Below, in pieces: positions 25,860-39,770 of a DNA stretch of 64,000 bases. Source of the stretch: the human T2T-CHM13v2.0 reference genome, Homo sapiens; NCBI RefSeq assembly GCF_009914755.1, contig NC_060927.1, one strand, 5' to 3'. Position 1 is the first letter of the stretch, and every line of letters starts with the position of its first letter. Under the pieces are notes generated by a model. The model saw only the letters and a list, made by a program, of their open reading frames with translations. It ran no database searches and was not told the DNA's origin. Position numbers and translations under genes: made by a program.

Positions 25860-26601
25860 CACGGTTTGGTCTAACAGAGCAAAACCCAATGCTAGACTCC
25901 CTCAAAAGCCTAAGTGAACAGCTGCCATCTTTCTGATGTGAGATCTCAGGGAGAAATATTTAAGAAGGCAGAGGGGAGTAACCACGATTAAGTTTATGAG
26001 TGCCTATGACCCTGAAGGCCTCTATAACTGTATATTTGTTTGAATTGTTTGAGCTCTGAGGAAAAGGGCCTTTGATCAGAAGGTCTTGGTCATGCCAGGC
26101 CTAGGGTAAAATGGGAGAGATAGAGGCAACATGGGGTGCAAGGGTACAAGTCTGAGTTCAGTGGGGAGGAAAATTTTCCCCTTTCCCTGTCCCATATTGA
26201 GGCTCCTGGACTGTGGTGATGGAAGGGAATTGAATTCTGTTTTCATGTATGACTTTTCAGCCTTAAGGCATAGCAGGGGGCAGCACCCCAGACAAGGTAG
26301 TGCTTCTCTGTAGTGGAAGGGCTGGAGAGGAAACAGCAATGCCCAGTGCACAAAGATTTTATTGCACTCAACAGCCTTGGAGATGAGCCAAAATACCAGC
26401 CAGAGGAGGACACTTTACCAACCTGCTTGAACTAAGAAGAGCTAAGAACCAGCACCATTTGGATACAAATTGCTGATTTATTTTCTTCCTTGCCAGTAGG
26501 CTAGTGAGGCCTGGGGACATACATGTTACTAAGACAAGTATCCAGCAGTTACAGGATTCTTGTTTGCAATAATTATAATATCCCTTACACAGGTGCTTAT
26601 G

Positions 26602-26604
<3 letters not shown>

Positions 26605-26640
<36 letters not shown>
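26605..26640. repeat. (CA)n microsatellite
   Basis: About 18 perfect AC units. Confidence 0.98.
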
Positions 26641-26642
<2 letters not shown>

Positions 26643-27407
26643 CCTTCCTCACAATAAGCTCAGCTTTGACACCGGGCAGAGGGAAAAACAACAGACAACT
26701 TTAGATGTAGCTGTAGTGGAATAGCTCTGAAATTCTGTGTCACAGTTTTCTATGAATGAATAGAAGTGTCATTTGGCATCTTGCCACATTCTCCTCACCA
26801 GTCTCATCACTTGCTCTGCAACTCTGCCCGGTTTTCTGTGTCATAGTCCTTCTTCATTCAGGCTGTGTGGTGCCATCAAGACCTAAATTTATATTCAGGT
26901 ATACATTCTGTGTTTTCTTCACATACTAATCATTCACCACTGTGTCTATATGGTGACATTTAAGAATTTATATTTGGGCATGAAATTATCTTTTAGCTTA
27001 TTATTTTAAAGATCATTGCCTGGTAAACTATAATAATTATACAAATTCAATACTTCAGTTCTTGTTCATTACCTACTAATTCATAGTCATTAGTACCACA
27101 AACAAAATGGTTATTAACCAAAAGCCAGAGTTTCATAGTTTCATTGACATCACTGTCATTAGAGATGCAGAAGACATATTTCACCTGTGCACTTCATGTT
27201 ATGTATGGTTTGAGCATTTTTCCCAAGCTAAAGTAATTTTGAACTTTGATTTTAAATTAGATATAACATAATTTATTGTTTGAGTACTTTATGTCCTTGA
27301 AATCTGTGTCTCAGATACAACCATAAGTCAGTGTTTGGTTTCTTCCAAATTTTCCAAACCCAGCCCAGGGACTTACAGAAAATTGCTTCTCAAAAAAGAT
27401 CCCTTCA

Positions 27408-27608
27408 GCATAAAAATGATATAATGGATTGTAGGAACTTGGGTGGAAGAATGGGAGGGGAGTGAGGGATAAAAGAATACAAATATAATGCAGTGTATAC
27501 TGCTCGGGTGATGGGTGCACCAAAATCTTACAAATCACCACTAAAGAACTTACTCATGTAACTAAATACCACCTGTACCCCAATAACTTACGAAAAAAAT
27601 AAAATAAA
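27408..27608 (+). mobile_element. L1PB-like 3' end, severely 5'-truncated
   Basis: 'gtatactgctcgggtgatgggtgcaccaaaatc...caccactaaagaacttactcatgtaac' plus A-rich tail. Confidence 0.9.
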
Positions 27609-27931
27609 GTAAGAGGCACAAGTAACATTAAAAAAATCTCTTCAACTTAGATGAATTATGTTTTTCACGCATGTCATTTAAAAACAAAACACAAATAGAG
27701 GGACCCATGTCTGAATTAATTGCCTTGTGATATCACTGTGCATTGGGGACTTAATATATAATCAGAAAGAAAAACTGCACTCACTCTCTTAGCTTCTTGA
27801 GTATCTTGAAGCTTCCAGCACTCTTTTCACCTTCATGTGGGACAAATACACAAAACTGCTTGAGCAAGCCATCTGGGACCTCTTTCCAAGAATCGTCCTT
27901 CTCTATCATTGGAGTCTCTTCTAAGCATTGC

Positions 27932-28554
27932 TTTTATTTTCTTCAACTTTTAAGTACACTGGTACATGTGCCAGATGTGCAGGTTTGTTACAGAGGTAAA
28001 CATGTGCCGTGGTGGTTTGCTGCACAGATCATTCCCAAGTATTAAGCCCATGCCCCCCAACAGACCACAGTGTGTGTTGTTCCCCCATGTGTCCACGTGT
28101 TCTCATCATTCAGCACCCACTCATAAGTGAGAACATGTGGTGTTTGGTTTTCAGTTCTTGCATTAGTTTGTTAAGGAAAATGACTTCCAACTCCATCCAT
28201 ATTCCTGCAAAGGACATGCTCTCATTCTTTTTTTTTGTGGCTGCATAGTATTCCATGGTGTATACGTACCATATTTTGTTTATCCAATCTATCATTGATG
28301 GGCATTTAGGCTGCTTCCATGCCTTTTCTATTGTGTATAGTGCTGCAATGAACATATGCAAGCATGTATCTTTATAACAGAATGATTTCTGTTCCTTTGA
28401 GTATGTACCTAGTAATGGGATTGTTGGGTCAAATTGTATTTCTGCTTCTAGGTCTTTGAGGAATAGCCACACTGTCTTACACAACGGTTGAATTAATTTA
28501 CACTCCCATTAACATTGTAAAAACATTCCTTTTTCTATGTGGCTTCACCAGCAT
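27932..28554 (-). mobile_element. L1PA (older, L1PA13-16-like) 3' fragment
   Basis: ORF2 C-terminus 28110-28484 'DPTIPLLGTY...CPSMIDWINKIWYVYTMEYYAA...SFAGIWMELE' and 3' UTR. Confidence 0.9.
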
Positions 28555-29139
28555 GATCAAACTATCTTTGTTTCCTATTTTCTTTTCTTGAGGTTAGGAG
28601 TTCCTGTGACACAGGGATGGGAAGAACTGTCTTATGACACAGCAGAACTTGGACACTGGAAGGGAGTGGTGAGAAGGTTCTTCATTAGTATCTAATAACA
28701 TTTAGAAGATAGTTAATTACATTGGTCTTTAGTTTCCCCAATCTATAAGGTGAAATTATAGAAAAAGAAAATTTGTGAGGTCCCATACCTATTGTTCTAA
28801 TTCAGTAAATGAATGTAAATGGTCTAACACAAGTGAAATGAAGGTCATACAGGGATAGATGGTTTATGAAGAAACCACTAACAAACTCATGGGGCAAACC
28901 TGGAGATACTAGGTAGTCACAAGCATGGTAGAAGAAACCCAAGGCTCATAACAAACCCTGCATATGGTAGTTATTTTCTGTCTCTGATAGACCATTCTCC
29001 CTTTACAACATCTTACTGGACATGTTTCTACTTGGGTGTTCTATAAGATAAATTCAAACTTATTAAGTCCCACAATGATTTCAGTATTTCTGTCAATCCT
29101 GAATCTTCTAATACTTCTGTTTCTATTGAGGAGTCCCAG

Positions 29140-29870
29140 CACCCTCTTAGTGATACAGCTTTCAGATTTACTAAACTCCTTTCTGTTCCTGGACACTCAT
29201 CTAAACAGGGCTCAATCCTGCTGATTCAACTGCCACAACTCATAGCAGTTACGTCCTCTTCACCATCAGCACCTCGATTCAGACCTCTCTGTGGATTTCC
29301 ACAATACCTAATTTGCGGCCTCACTTATTTTCTCTGTCTTCCAGCCCATTCTGGAAATAGCTACCAGAGTTATTTTTCAAAGGACAGGGAAAAGTCTACT
29401 ATTCTTAAACACATTTAATTGTACCCTTTAGCCTGTGTGTAAAATTCAAACTCCCCAGACTGTTTTTTGAGATCCCCACAACCTCATTTCAACCAAACTT
29501 TTTTTGGTTCATTTCCTTCTAATCTCTTTCAGATACACTCCTAACTTACTGAACTGCATGGTCCTTTCTTTATATTTTCCTGTTTTTATTCCCCTCTAGA
29601 TTGCTTTCCCCATTATCTCTGCATGTCTGAATCTACTCTCGTATCAAGGCACCAATAAAATGCCACCTCTTCTCTAAAGCTTTTCCCCATCCTCCTGCTG
29701 GAAGCAATATTTTCTGCCTCCAAACACCTACAGTGTTTTACCTGCAATTCTCTTATGGCACTTCTCACTTTTTATGATAAAATACTCACTAAAAGACACT
29801 CTTGACAAGAATGTAAGCTTAACTAACTAATGTAGTGTCTTGTATATATTTTGGCCCCAATTCATATGTA
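29140..29870 (+). mobile_element. L2 fragments
   Basis: 'gctaccagagttatttttcaaa...aaaattcaaactcc...aaatgccacctcttctctaaagcttttccc'. Confidence 0.6.
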
Positions 29871-30384
29871 TTGAGGTTGAAGTCTCATCAGAGGAGACAG
29901 ATATGAAAGAAATTACATTTTGACCAGGAAGTATTTTCTTAGATAGTAGAAAGAACATATCAATTAGAGGGGTTGTTTAGATGGGCTGTTCTGGTACAGA
30001 CTACCAAATGCTTGTAGACTTCTTTCATACAAGCCTTTTAAAATAGCATTAGTCAATCATTTCCTTATGGATATCCAAAGACTTAAATTGTTAAATAGAT
30101 TTTTTAAACATCCATGTAATTTATATTTACTCTAGAAATATAGACCATTGACTTAAGGTAGGTTTCTACATTATGCAGTGGTAGCTACAGATTTCATGTG
30201 TTAGATGTCTTTCTACTCTTGTTTGTTTTATCGGTTTTAGCTGTACTAGAGTTACCCTTGAATAGATTTTTTTTAATTTCTATAAATCCAAGTAACATCT
30301 TCAAATATTGTTTGCTGCTTATGACAGAAGCAAAGCCATGTTAAAATAATTCCAGTTGATATATATGATCTGTTTTATACACCT

Positions 30385-30780
30385 TGTAATGTATTAAAAT
30401 CTTGACATTAATTATCTCATTTAAGTCTCACAGCAATCTGATGAGATCATATCACTATTTTCCAGATGTGAGCATTGAGGCACAGATATGTTGAATAAAT
30501 TATCCAAGGTTAAACAGCTAATAAGTGAAAATCACAGAAAGAGAATCAAAGTAATTTGACACTGGAATCTACCTACTTGATCACTATACTGTACTGTCCG
30601 TTGGCTGTGGAGTTAGACAAGGATTGAATCCTTCCTCTGTTATTTACTACTAGTTGTGTTATCGTGAGCAAAGTATTTAACCTCTCTGAGACTCATTTCA
30701 TTATCTACAAGATGGTTAAATAATACTTATATGACAAAGTTATTAATAAAAATAAATAAAATAATATCTATATAACCCAA
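30385..30780. mobile_element. Two adjacent MIRs in opposite orientation (30385-30590 minus, 30600-30780 plus)
   Basis: 'ttttccagatgtgagcattgaggcacaga' then 'ggagttagacaagg...aagtatttaacctctctgagactca'. Confidence 0.7.
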
Positions 30781-31375
30781 ATCCCAGGGTTCTTCATCCT
30801 CAGGAGTAACTTTCCCCTTTGGGAAAAAGGGCTCTTCTCAAACTGATCCTAAATGGTCCATTCCCCTGTTGCATGTTCCTTTCTATTCTTCCACTCTCTG
30901 TGAGTTATCACTCACTTCTCAGGCCTCTTGGAAATTTTTTTAAAAATGGGATTCACTATAGCACATCCACACACCTACGTGTGCCATGTGGTTCTATACA
31001 ACATCAGAAGGACATTTAAAATTAAATGGTTTTTTCAATTTTTAAATCAAGTTCTTAGTTTGCATGTCTTGCATAACATCCTTCTATTATTTCTGTATGG
31101 AGTGAGGGATGGAATCAGTGTGAGCATGTATTAACCTCATGGCTAAAAGTAGGAAAGAAAAAGATTTCCTCATACTGTTATGTATGTGTCTAGTACAATG
31201 TCTGACACAGAACACATGCCAATAAATATCAATGTTTTCCCTTGTCCTAGAAAAAAAAGAATGCCATGAAATATTAAAATTTATTTTCAACCTCACATTC
31301 TTGTGGACTTTATATATCATGACTTACTACAACACAATGAAATGGGCACAAGACGCTACTATCTCTATTGGTAAC

Positions 31376-31757
31376 TGTATTCGTCCGTTTTCACACTGCT
31401 GTAAAGAACTACCTGACATTGGGTAATTTGTGAAGAAAAGAGGTTTAATTGACTTACAGTTCCACAGGCTGTACAGGAAGCATGGCTGGGAGGCCTCAGG
31501 AAACTTACAATCACAGCAGAAGGCAAAGGGGAAGCAAGCATGTGTTACCATGGAGGAGCAAGAGAGAGAGAGCAAAGGGTGAAGTGCTACACACTTTTAA
31601 ACAACCAGATCTTGTAAGAACTCACTCACTATCACAAGAACAGCAAGGGGGAAATCCGCCCCCATGATCCAAACACTTCCCACCACGTCCCTCCCCAACA
31701 CTGGGTATTACAATTTGACATGAGATTTGGGTGGGGACCCAGAGCCAAACCATATCA
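31376..31757 (-). mobile_element. MSTA/THE1D-like solo LTR
   Basis: 'tgtattcgtccgttttcacactgctgtaaagaactacctga...ggctgtacaggaagcatggc...agagccaaaccatatca'. Confidence 0.92.
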
Positions 31758-31879
31758 CTAAGTCTCTATGCCTTGAAAATTTTCCTCTTTTTTTGTTTAT
31801 ATATATTTGAAAACTCATCTGGACTAAAAGTTAATTATTTGACAACCAAAAATTAATTCCCAACTCATGAAGCCAAAAT

Positions 31880-33065
31880 TCTCATTTTTTAATAAAGATC
31901 AACTTATTGGTTTTTCTCTCATAGATTGTGCTTTGGGGGTTGTACTAAAAACTGAGAACCAAATCCAAGGTCACCTGGATTGCCTCCTATGCTTATTCTA
32001 GAAGTTTTGTAGTTTTGCATTAAGGTCAATGATCCATTTTCAGTTAAATTTTTTTTTAAGTAATAAGGTCTCTGGGTCTGTGTCTAGGTTCTTCTTTTTT
32101 GCATATGGAGATCCAATTGGTCTATTATCATTTGGTGAAAAGACTACCTTTCCTCCATTGAATTGTCTGTGTTCCTTTGTCAAAGATCAGTTGAACATGT
32201 TTCTTTGGGTCTGCTTCTGGACTCTGAATTTAGTTTTAATGATTTATGTGTCTATTAATTTACCAATACTACACTGTCATGATTTCTTTAACTTTACATT
32301 AATTTTTGAAATCAGATAGTTTCAGTTCTCTAACTTTGTTCTTCTTCAGTATTGTGTAACTGATTGTAGATTTTTGCTTTTTTATAAGAGCTCTAGAATC
32401 AGTTTGTCAATATCTACAAAACAGCTTCCTGGAATTTTGACTGATATTGTGTTAACTTTATAGATTAAGTTTGAAAGAATTAACATCTTAATATTAAGTC
32501 TTCTAAATCAATAAATGGGGATATCTCTACATTTATTTTGATTTTTTCAAAGAGTTTTGTAGTTTTTCACATATAGAACCCACACATATTTTGTCAGATT
32601 TATACTTAAGTTTCACTGGTGCAATTTTATGTGATACTATTTTTTTTAAATTTCAAATCCATTTGTTTATTGCTAGTAAAAGGAAAGCAATTGGCTTTTA
32701 TATATTAACCTTTTGTTCGGGGACCTTGCTATAATCACTGATTTATTCCAGGAGGGTTTCTTGTTGATTCTTTGAGATATTCTGCACACATAATCATATG
32801 TATGAATAAAGCTTTTTTTCCTTTTTCCCCACTTTGTATGCATTTTATTTCTTGTTTTTACCTTACTGCAGTAGTTAGGACTTTTGGTACAATGTTGAAC
32901 AGAAGTAGTAAGAGCTAAATTTTTTTCCTTGTTCCCTAGAGGAAATGTTCTCTTTCTCTTTAACATCATGCCAATTCTAGGATTTCTGTACATGTTCTTT
33001 TCAAGTTGAGAAAGTTCCTCTCTATTCCTAGTTTGTTGAGAGTTTTTATCATGAATGGGTAAATC
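31880..33065 (-). mobile_element. Old L1 (L1M) ORF2 fragment
   Basis: Antisense ORF2: 'ctttgtcaaagatcagttga...cagcttcctggaattttga...caagttgagaaagttcctctctattcctagtttgttgagagtttttatcatgaatggg'. Confidence 0.85.
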
Positions 33066-34239
33066 TTATTTTTAAAAACTTTCTTTTTAACTTTTATATT
33101 TCATCTCAATATGTTTCTAAATTATGCTTATTTATCCATTTTATTTTTATACCCTTAGTTTCTAAACTGGTATAATTAAGCCATCTGGAGATTTTTATAA
33201 GACTTACTAAATAGCTAGGATTTTGCCCCCAGGTAAAATAAATTACTGCAATCATGTGTAATAATATACAGCAGTTTATTCTAAGTATCTCTAAGATTTG
33301 TTTGGGGAAAAACAATTCAGATAGAGATTTTGTTTTATACAAACATGACTTTCAGCAAGTGATTACTACAGAAATACACATATGGGATATTTTGACATTG
33401 GGATTGTAAAGGTCAAATGATGGAAATAGTCTCCAAATAAAAAAGCACAGATTTCTCCTTTTCTAAAAAGTGTTTATTTATCCATAAGAAATGGGGTGAA
33501 AGTAGAATGAAGATCAGAGTTCTAACCAGGCTTATGAATTAAGTAGTTGTGCAGTCCTGGACCAATAAGATGACACCTCTGTGGTTCTGTTCTCTTATGT
33601 GTCCAGGGAAATGACAATAACACCCACCACCAGCACCACCCTGTGCTCCCCACCTTCCTCACAGTATTAATTCAATACTAAGCACAACAGTATGTATGAA
33701 GTTACCTTTTATAATTTTCAAGTGCAATAGAAATGGAAGATACTAATATTATTAGAAGTGCAAGTTAGGGAGAAGATGTTCTGAGATCCTCTCATCAGGT
33801 TTTTATACATAAAGTCCATCATTAATGCAATTTCATTTCCTGGGATTTCAAATTTTTTGTTAAACTCCATTGCTGGGGTGAAAATCTTGCAGTGTAATCA
33901 AGACATTAAAAACTGAAGTTTTCAACTATATCACCAATTTAAAATTTGGCCTGATCATGGCAGCATGCAAATGCAGTTGTTGTATCATTTGGTCTTATTT
34001 GATCTACTTCTTCATCATTCAAATGAGGTGACTGGTCATTTAAGGGGATTCATGGCAGTGGATTTCAATCAGAAGGTCAAAACAATTACCTGTTTTAAAT
34101 GTTATGGAAATAACCAGCTTCAACTTTCCCCACCTGCAGAAGACGTTTGACACAGCAAGTTGTTTGTAGAGTCAGTTATTCTTTTACATAGCTGACACTG
34201 AGCTCCAGCTATGTGCTGGGTGGGACAAGGTCCCTTTGG

Positions 34240-34785
34240 TACACAATAGCATAGAATACAACTCAGCAATAAAAAGGAATGAACCACTGCATGGAATAAC
34301 CTGGATGAACCTCAAGGAAATTATGCCAAATGAAAATAGCCAATCTCAAAGGATTGATTCTTAGTGATTTTATTTATGGAAGATTCATGAAATAACATAA
34401 TTATGGAGCTGGAGAATGGGTTTGTAGTTGCCAGGGGTTAGGGATCATAGTGGAAGGGATAGAAGTGGTGACTATAAAGATGTCAGTCACATGACAGAGT
34501 CATGTGATGATGGTACAATTAAGTGTCTTGATTGTAGTAGTGTTTACATGAGGCTAAACATGTGATAAAGTTGTATAGCCCTATATATACACACACATAC
34601 ATGCATGTATAACTGCTGAAACCTGAATAAGCTCTACAGATTGTAGCAGTGTCCATTTCTTGGTTTTTATATTGTATTACAGTTGTGCATGACACTAATG
34701 TTGGTAAAGAGTGGAGGAAGGGTGCATGAGACTTTCCTGTGCATTTCTTTGCAACATACTGTGAATCTATAATTATTTCAAGATA
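34240..34785 (+). mobile_element. L1MC/MD-like 3' end
   Basis: 'tcagcaataaaaaggaatgaac...tggatgaacctcaagg...gttgccaggggttaggga...gtgaatctataattatttcaa'. Confidence 0.85.
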
Positions 34786-35929
34786 TTGATAATCTTGTCA
34801 AAAAAGATAAGTTCACTGCTCTCCAGGAGCTAAAAGTCAGGCATCCCTGATCTCCCCAGCCCACAGGAAACAGTAGGTTCCAGTCATAGAAATGCCCCAA
34901 ATTTCAAACCCTCTAGCCTGACTTTCTTAGGGACTCGCCCTGTTGTTTCTAGGTACTTTCAAGGATTCCTCACACACGTTGCCTTCTTCTTCCTCAATCT
35001 ACATTGCCTGTTGTGATACCACTTCCCAGTTCTCAGAGCTGTCTGAGAACGCCAACTCTGTCTTCAATATCATCATCCCTCAAGAGCTTAGACCTTGCCC
35101 ATGGAACTACCAGAAGGATATAGAGGCATATGCCAGTCTTTTCCATCCCTTTTCACACTTCACACCTTTAGATATCCAATCAACAGCCTTCTCACAGACC
35201 ATGTCCTCTGAGGCAAACCAGCACATTAAATACTCCCCCAGTTCCACCATGTCACTAACTGTACCTGGTTTCCAGAAGTCCTTTTGAGATCTGAAAGAAA
35301 TGATAATACCCTCCGAGCAAGGCAAAAACAAAGTACTCCACCAGAATGCCTAAATCAGGGAAGGTTCCCAAGAAGGTGGTGCTTGACTGGGACTTCAAGA
35401 TACAGGAGAAACTCTCTAGATAGAAAGGAAGCAAGAAGGAACTCCAGGCAAAGGGCACCAGTGTGCAAAGGCACTGAGAGAGCACATTTAGCCAAGGAAG
35501 AGAGGTGGGTCATTATTGGAGTGTTGTTGGAGAGGGCCAGGTGGGGAAGATGTGAATTGGACCACAGGGCTGCTGATTTTCAAAGTCCATGTCCTCCATG
35601 GTGCCATGTGATAAGTATCATAGCCAGACACAACTATATAAGAACCACTGCACTCTGTCACACTAAGGGCTTACACTCATCCTGAGACACCTGGAACTCC
35701 ACCTGCCTGGCTTAGCAGGCCCTCTGCAGCAGTGCTGCATCTGTGAGATGATTGAGGAAGGCTAAGATGGGGCCACTTAAGCTCCAATGTGTTCACAGAT
35801 TGTCCTTAAGCTAAAGACATGTGTATGTGTGCATCGTCAGCTTCTCCTCTTAGCTTTGCATCAGTTTCTGCCATAGACCCATGCTTTTATTTTCGCACTA
35901 CCCAAAATTGTGAGGCAGAGTAGCAGGCA

Positions 35930-36150
35930 AACATGGTGTTACAGAAGAAATAGCGAACTTGGAGTCACACAATCTCAGTATGAACCAAAGCTCTACATCC
36001 CTTACAAGCTACATGAATTTAGACAAGTTCATTTTGTAGAGCTTTAGTTTACCCACCTATAAAATAGGGATAAGAATGTACCAAACAGAACTAGATTAGA
36101 TTAAATTGAGTTAAATGAAGACATGTATATGAAAATGCCTTTCAAGGTCC
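35930..36150 (+). mobile_element. MIR
   Basis: 'aacttggagtcacac...agacaagttc...ctataaaatagggataaga'. Confidence 0.65.
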
Positions 36151-36239
36151 TTAGCACCTAAGACATAGGTACTTGTTTTTTAAAACGTTGCCTTCTTTTT
36201 CTAATGGTAGTTCCCCTCCCTTGTTTAAGATCCAAGATT

Positions 36240-36541
<302 letters not shown>

Positions 36542-36574
36542 TAAGATCCAAGATTCTTATGTTTTCTCTCCTTG

Positions 36575-37010
36575 CCTTTTGTACTTAGAATCCTCTGAAA
36601 GCAAACTCCTGAGACAATGATTCCAGTGCCATTCATTTCTTTGGCAGGGGAAATAAACATCTGTAAGGGGGATGCAAATTCAGTCCAGGAAGGAAAGGCA
36701 GTCAATGAAGGGGAAAATATCAAGCTAGCTACCTCTATGGGCCACTGATGTGCAATCCCACCAGGGCAGCCCTGGGAGCCAGTGTAGGAGAATGGCTCAA
36801 AGAGAGTGGAGGTATCTATTCATTCACTGGTTAGGGTGCTCCTGGATCAGTGTTAGTGGCACTTCCGTTCTGCCAACCCAGCCACAGAGCCGGTTCTGGG
36901 GGCCTGAGAAAGCCCTCAGGCAAGACAGACCAGTGCTCACAGCAGGCAGTTGGAGGCTGTACTCTGACTGAGGTGGGGAGGGAGAGCATATGGGTGAGGC
37001 ACAGCATGAA
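36575..37010. mobile_element. Probable ancient ERVL-class LTR (LTR33/LTR41-like)
   Basis: 'gaaagcaaactcctgagacaatgattccagtgc...ctgagaaagccctcaggca...atatgggtgaggcac' resembles ERVL LTR ends; recalled similarity only. Confidence 0.45.
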
Positions 37011-38289
37011 AGGGTCTGCGAAACATATGTGTCCAAAAAGCCTCATGTGCCTATTACCTTTTAATGGAATAAAAAGTATTAGGCATTTAACAAATCTGAT
37101 AGAATGTCTAGTGCTGCTTGAAGGGGGACAGGAGTTTTTTGTGGTCCTCCTGGAATCACATAATGAGGGCACATATTTTTTTCCGCTTAGAAGTAAGGCA
37201 GACCCTCGCGTCTCACATCCATCTGCATACAGTTACCTGCATCCATGGTTATCAAGAGAAACGTCTCATCTGAACACAAGAAAATGTAGCTTGGAACAAA
37301 AAAGGTGACAGTGTCCAGAGAAGTGGGCCTGAGAACATTTATTTCCTGAGGCTATCTGTGTCCCTGCCTAGATGATAGTCCTGGAGAGATAGTTTGAAGA
37401 TCACAGAGAAATCAAACAGCTGTAGGGGAGAGCCCAAGGTTCATTTCAATCTGTGCTGGGCAGTGGACTCTTAAGGACTCTGGAAACAGGCAAATATCTG
37501 ACAATGGCTCAACCTCCATGACAAAGGTTTTGATGAATCATCAGCACATTAATTTGTTTCCTCTACATTATAAGCTTGGTTTAACTGCCAGCTTCATTTT
37601 GGCCCAAACTTAGTATAATTTAGCTATGCCAGCCAGAAAAGAACAGACTGAACCTCTCAGGGACAAAGGGCATCTGTTTCTCTGACTTATAGGAAGATAA
37701 AAGGGAAACAGCTGTGGGGCCAGAGATGTTGATGTTGTAGTCCAGGGAAAGCATGACACTCACTGTAAAGAAGTAAGAACCTGCTATTGTAAGCGAGGCT
37801 GAAACAATCCTTTCCGACCAGCAGGTCTGAGAATTAGTTAGGACTACAGAAGACAGGGTGATGGAAGCATTCTCTGGCATCAATCTCCCAAGCCACAGCT
37901 CTGGATAGTAAGTTAATAGTGTGTCGTGCTGTTAATGAACTTGGTCTGTTCCTGGTGACAGAATTCATTAAAGAACATTTATCCTCCACTCAATAAGGAG
38001 AAAAATGACTTCAATAAAATCTATGCCAGCTCTACAGATAAATCGTCTTTATTAAAAAAGCATTTTCAATAGTAAACTTCATTATACAGCCACATAATTG
38101 ATCTCTTGAATCAACTTCTCCATATATAGTATTGTTGGATAAATGCTAAGAAGCTTTAAGAAAAATAAGTATGATCTTATAGCTATACTGTAATTGAAAA
38201 TAGATGCAATAAAAAAGACAGCTATGAAGTATGTTTATATGTTGATTCTGCTACATCAATTTATAATCTATCCAGTTCTAACTTAAGTC

Positions 38290-38461
38290 TCAGCTTGCCT
38301 GCTGCTGGACCTCTCTGGTTTGCACGTCTGCTAATGCCAGTTGTAAGGATAAATATGCTTCCTAGCCTGTCAGAAAGACCACTGCACAGGCTGCAACCCT
38401 TTATAAGACACAAAGTTCTCCTTCCAAATTAAAAAAACAAACAAATAAATAATAAAATAAA
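38290..38461 (+). mobile_element. ERV1 LTR 3' fragment (MER39/MER34-like) ending in an A-rich tail
   Basis: 'atgcttcctagcctgtcagaaagaccactgcacaggctgcaaccctttataagacacaaagttctccttccaaatt' then A-rich 38431-38461. Confidence 0.55.
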
Positions 38462-38649
38462 GGGAGAAAATTCCTATTAGACAGATGAAGTTCATTACCT
38501 GTGTGCTTTTTTCCATATTTCTCTTTTTAATTCTAGACATACACTATGGACAAAATTTGCAGACGAAAATAAATGAGAAAAAGAGTTTAGTTGCTTTCTA
38601 CTAGAATTTAGCAATGTCTTGTGATTACTCGCCTGTTTCCAGAGCCTTA

Positions 38650-38850
38650 ACAGAGTGCACTAGAATCATAATAACCTGAGTTAAAATCCTAAGTCCACCA
38701 CTTATAAGCTTAAAAAAGTTATTTAAATTATCTGAACCCAAGTTTTATCATCTATAAAATGCAAATGAGAAAGGCTACCCCATAGTGTTTTGTTGATTAA
38801 ATGAGAATACATGTTATTTACCTATAGCACATTAAGTACTTAATAATAGT
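38650..38850 (+). mobile_element. MIR
   Basis: 'acctgagttaaaatcctaagtccaccactta...tctgaacccaagttttatcatctataaaatg'. Confidence 0.75.
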
Positions 38851-39447
38851 TAAGTAGGCTTCCCTTTATGATTTTTGGATAACCAAGGCAGTTTTATTTA
38901 TTTATTCATCAAACCTTTACTGAAAATCCATCATGGTCCAGCAGTAATGTTTTAGGTTGCTGGGATATAGAAAAGAGCAACGTGGACACGATTCTGGACA
39001 TACTAAAATATAGTAGGACATATAATCGTAGAACAAATATTTGCTAACAATTCATGAAAAATAAAGGTCTCATTTTAAGTCAAATGATTACAGATGGTTA
39101 TTACTTTCAAACATGAGAATATCAGTAATGTTTTGATATAATTATATATAAATAATTAATTTCATTTATACAGTACATATTGTCTTTTCTTTTTTCTTCT
39201 GACTTCAAGTGCACAACACTGAATTAATCACATTTCTTAGCTCCTGACACACTCTCATCAAGTGCATGCAGAGCCCTATTTTTCCCTTTGTTCCTTACCA
39301 ACACTCTTATTCTTTGCACCATAGGTATCTACACTAAAGAATTTAATATTCTACTTTCACACATTCATTCAGAGCTCTATGTATTCTTGAAATATATGTT
39401 CCCATATATGATATACACAAAAATATTATGTCATAAATAAGTTGTTT

Positions 39448-39770
39448 TACCAGGCACAATGGCTCACGCATGTAATCCCAACACTTTGGGAAACTGAGGC
39501 AAGAGGATCACCTGAGGCCAGTAGTTCAAGACCATCCTGGGCAACATAGCAAGACCCTATCTCTACAAAAAAATTAAAACATTAGCCAAATGTGGCAGCA
39601 TGCACCTGTAGTGCCAACTACTTGTGAGCCTGAGGGGGAAGATTACTTGAGCCCAGGAGTTCAAGGCAGCACGCTGTGAGCTATGATCATGCCACTTTAC
39701 CCCAGTCTGAACTACAGAGTCAGAGTCTGTCTCTTAAAAACAAAACAAAACAAAACAAAAACATAAAAAA
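39448..39770 (+). mobile_element. Alu (AluJ)
   Basis: 'ctgggcaacatagcaagaccctatctctac...ttgagcccaggagttcaagg...gtgagctatgatcatgccac', (CAAAA)n tail. Confidence 0.93.

Noticed and set aside
34943-35685. Back-to-back ORFs of 114 and 133 aa
   Set aside because: No recognisable domains; the second overlaps L2-like sequence; lengths within chance expectation
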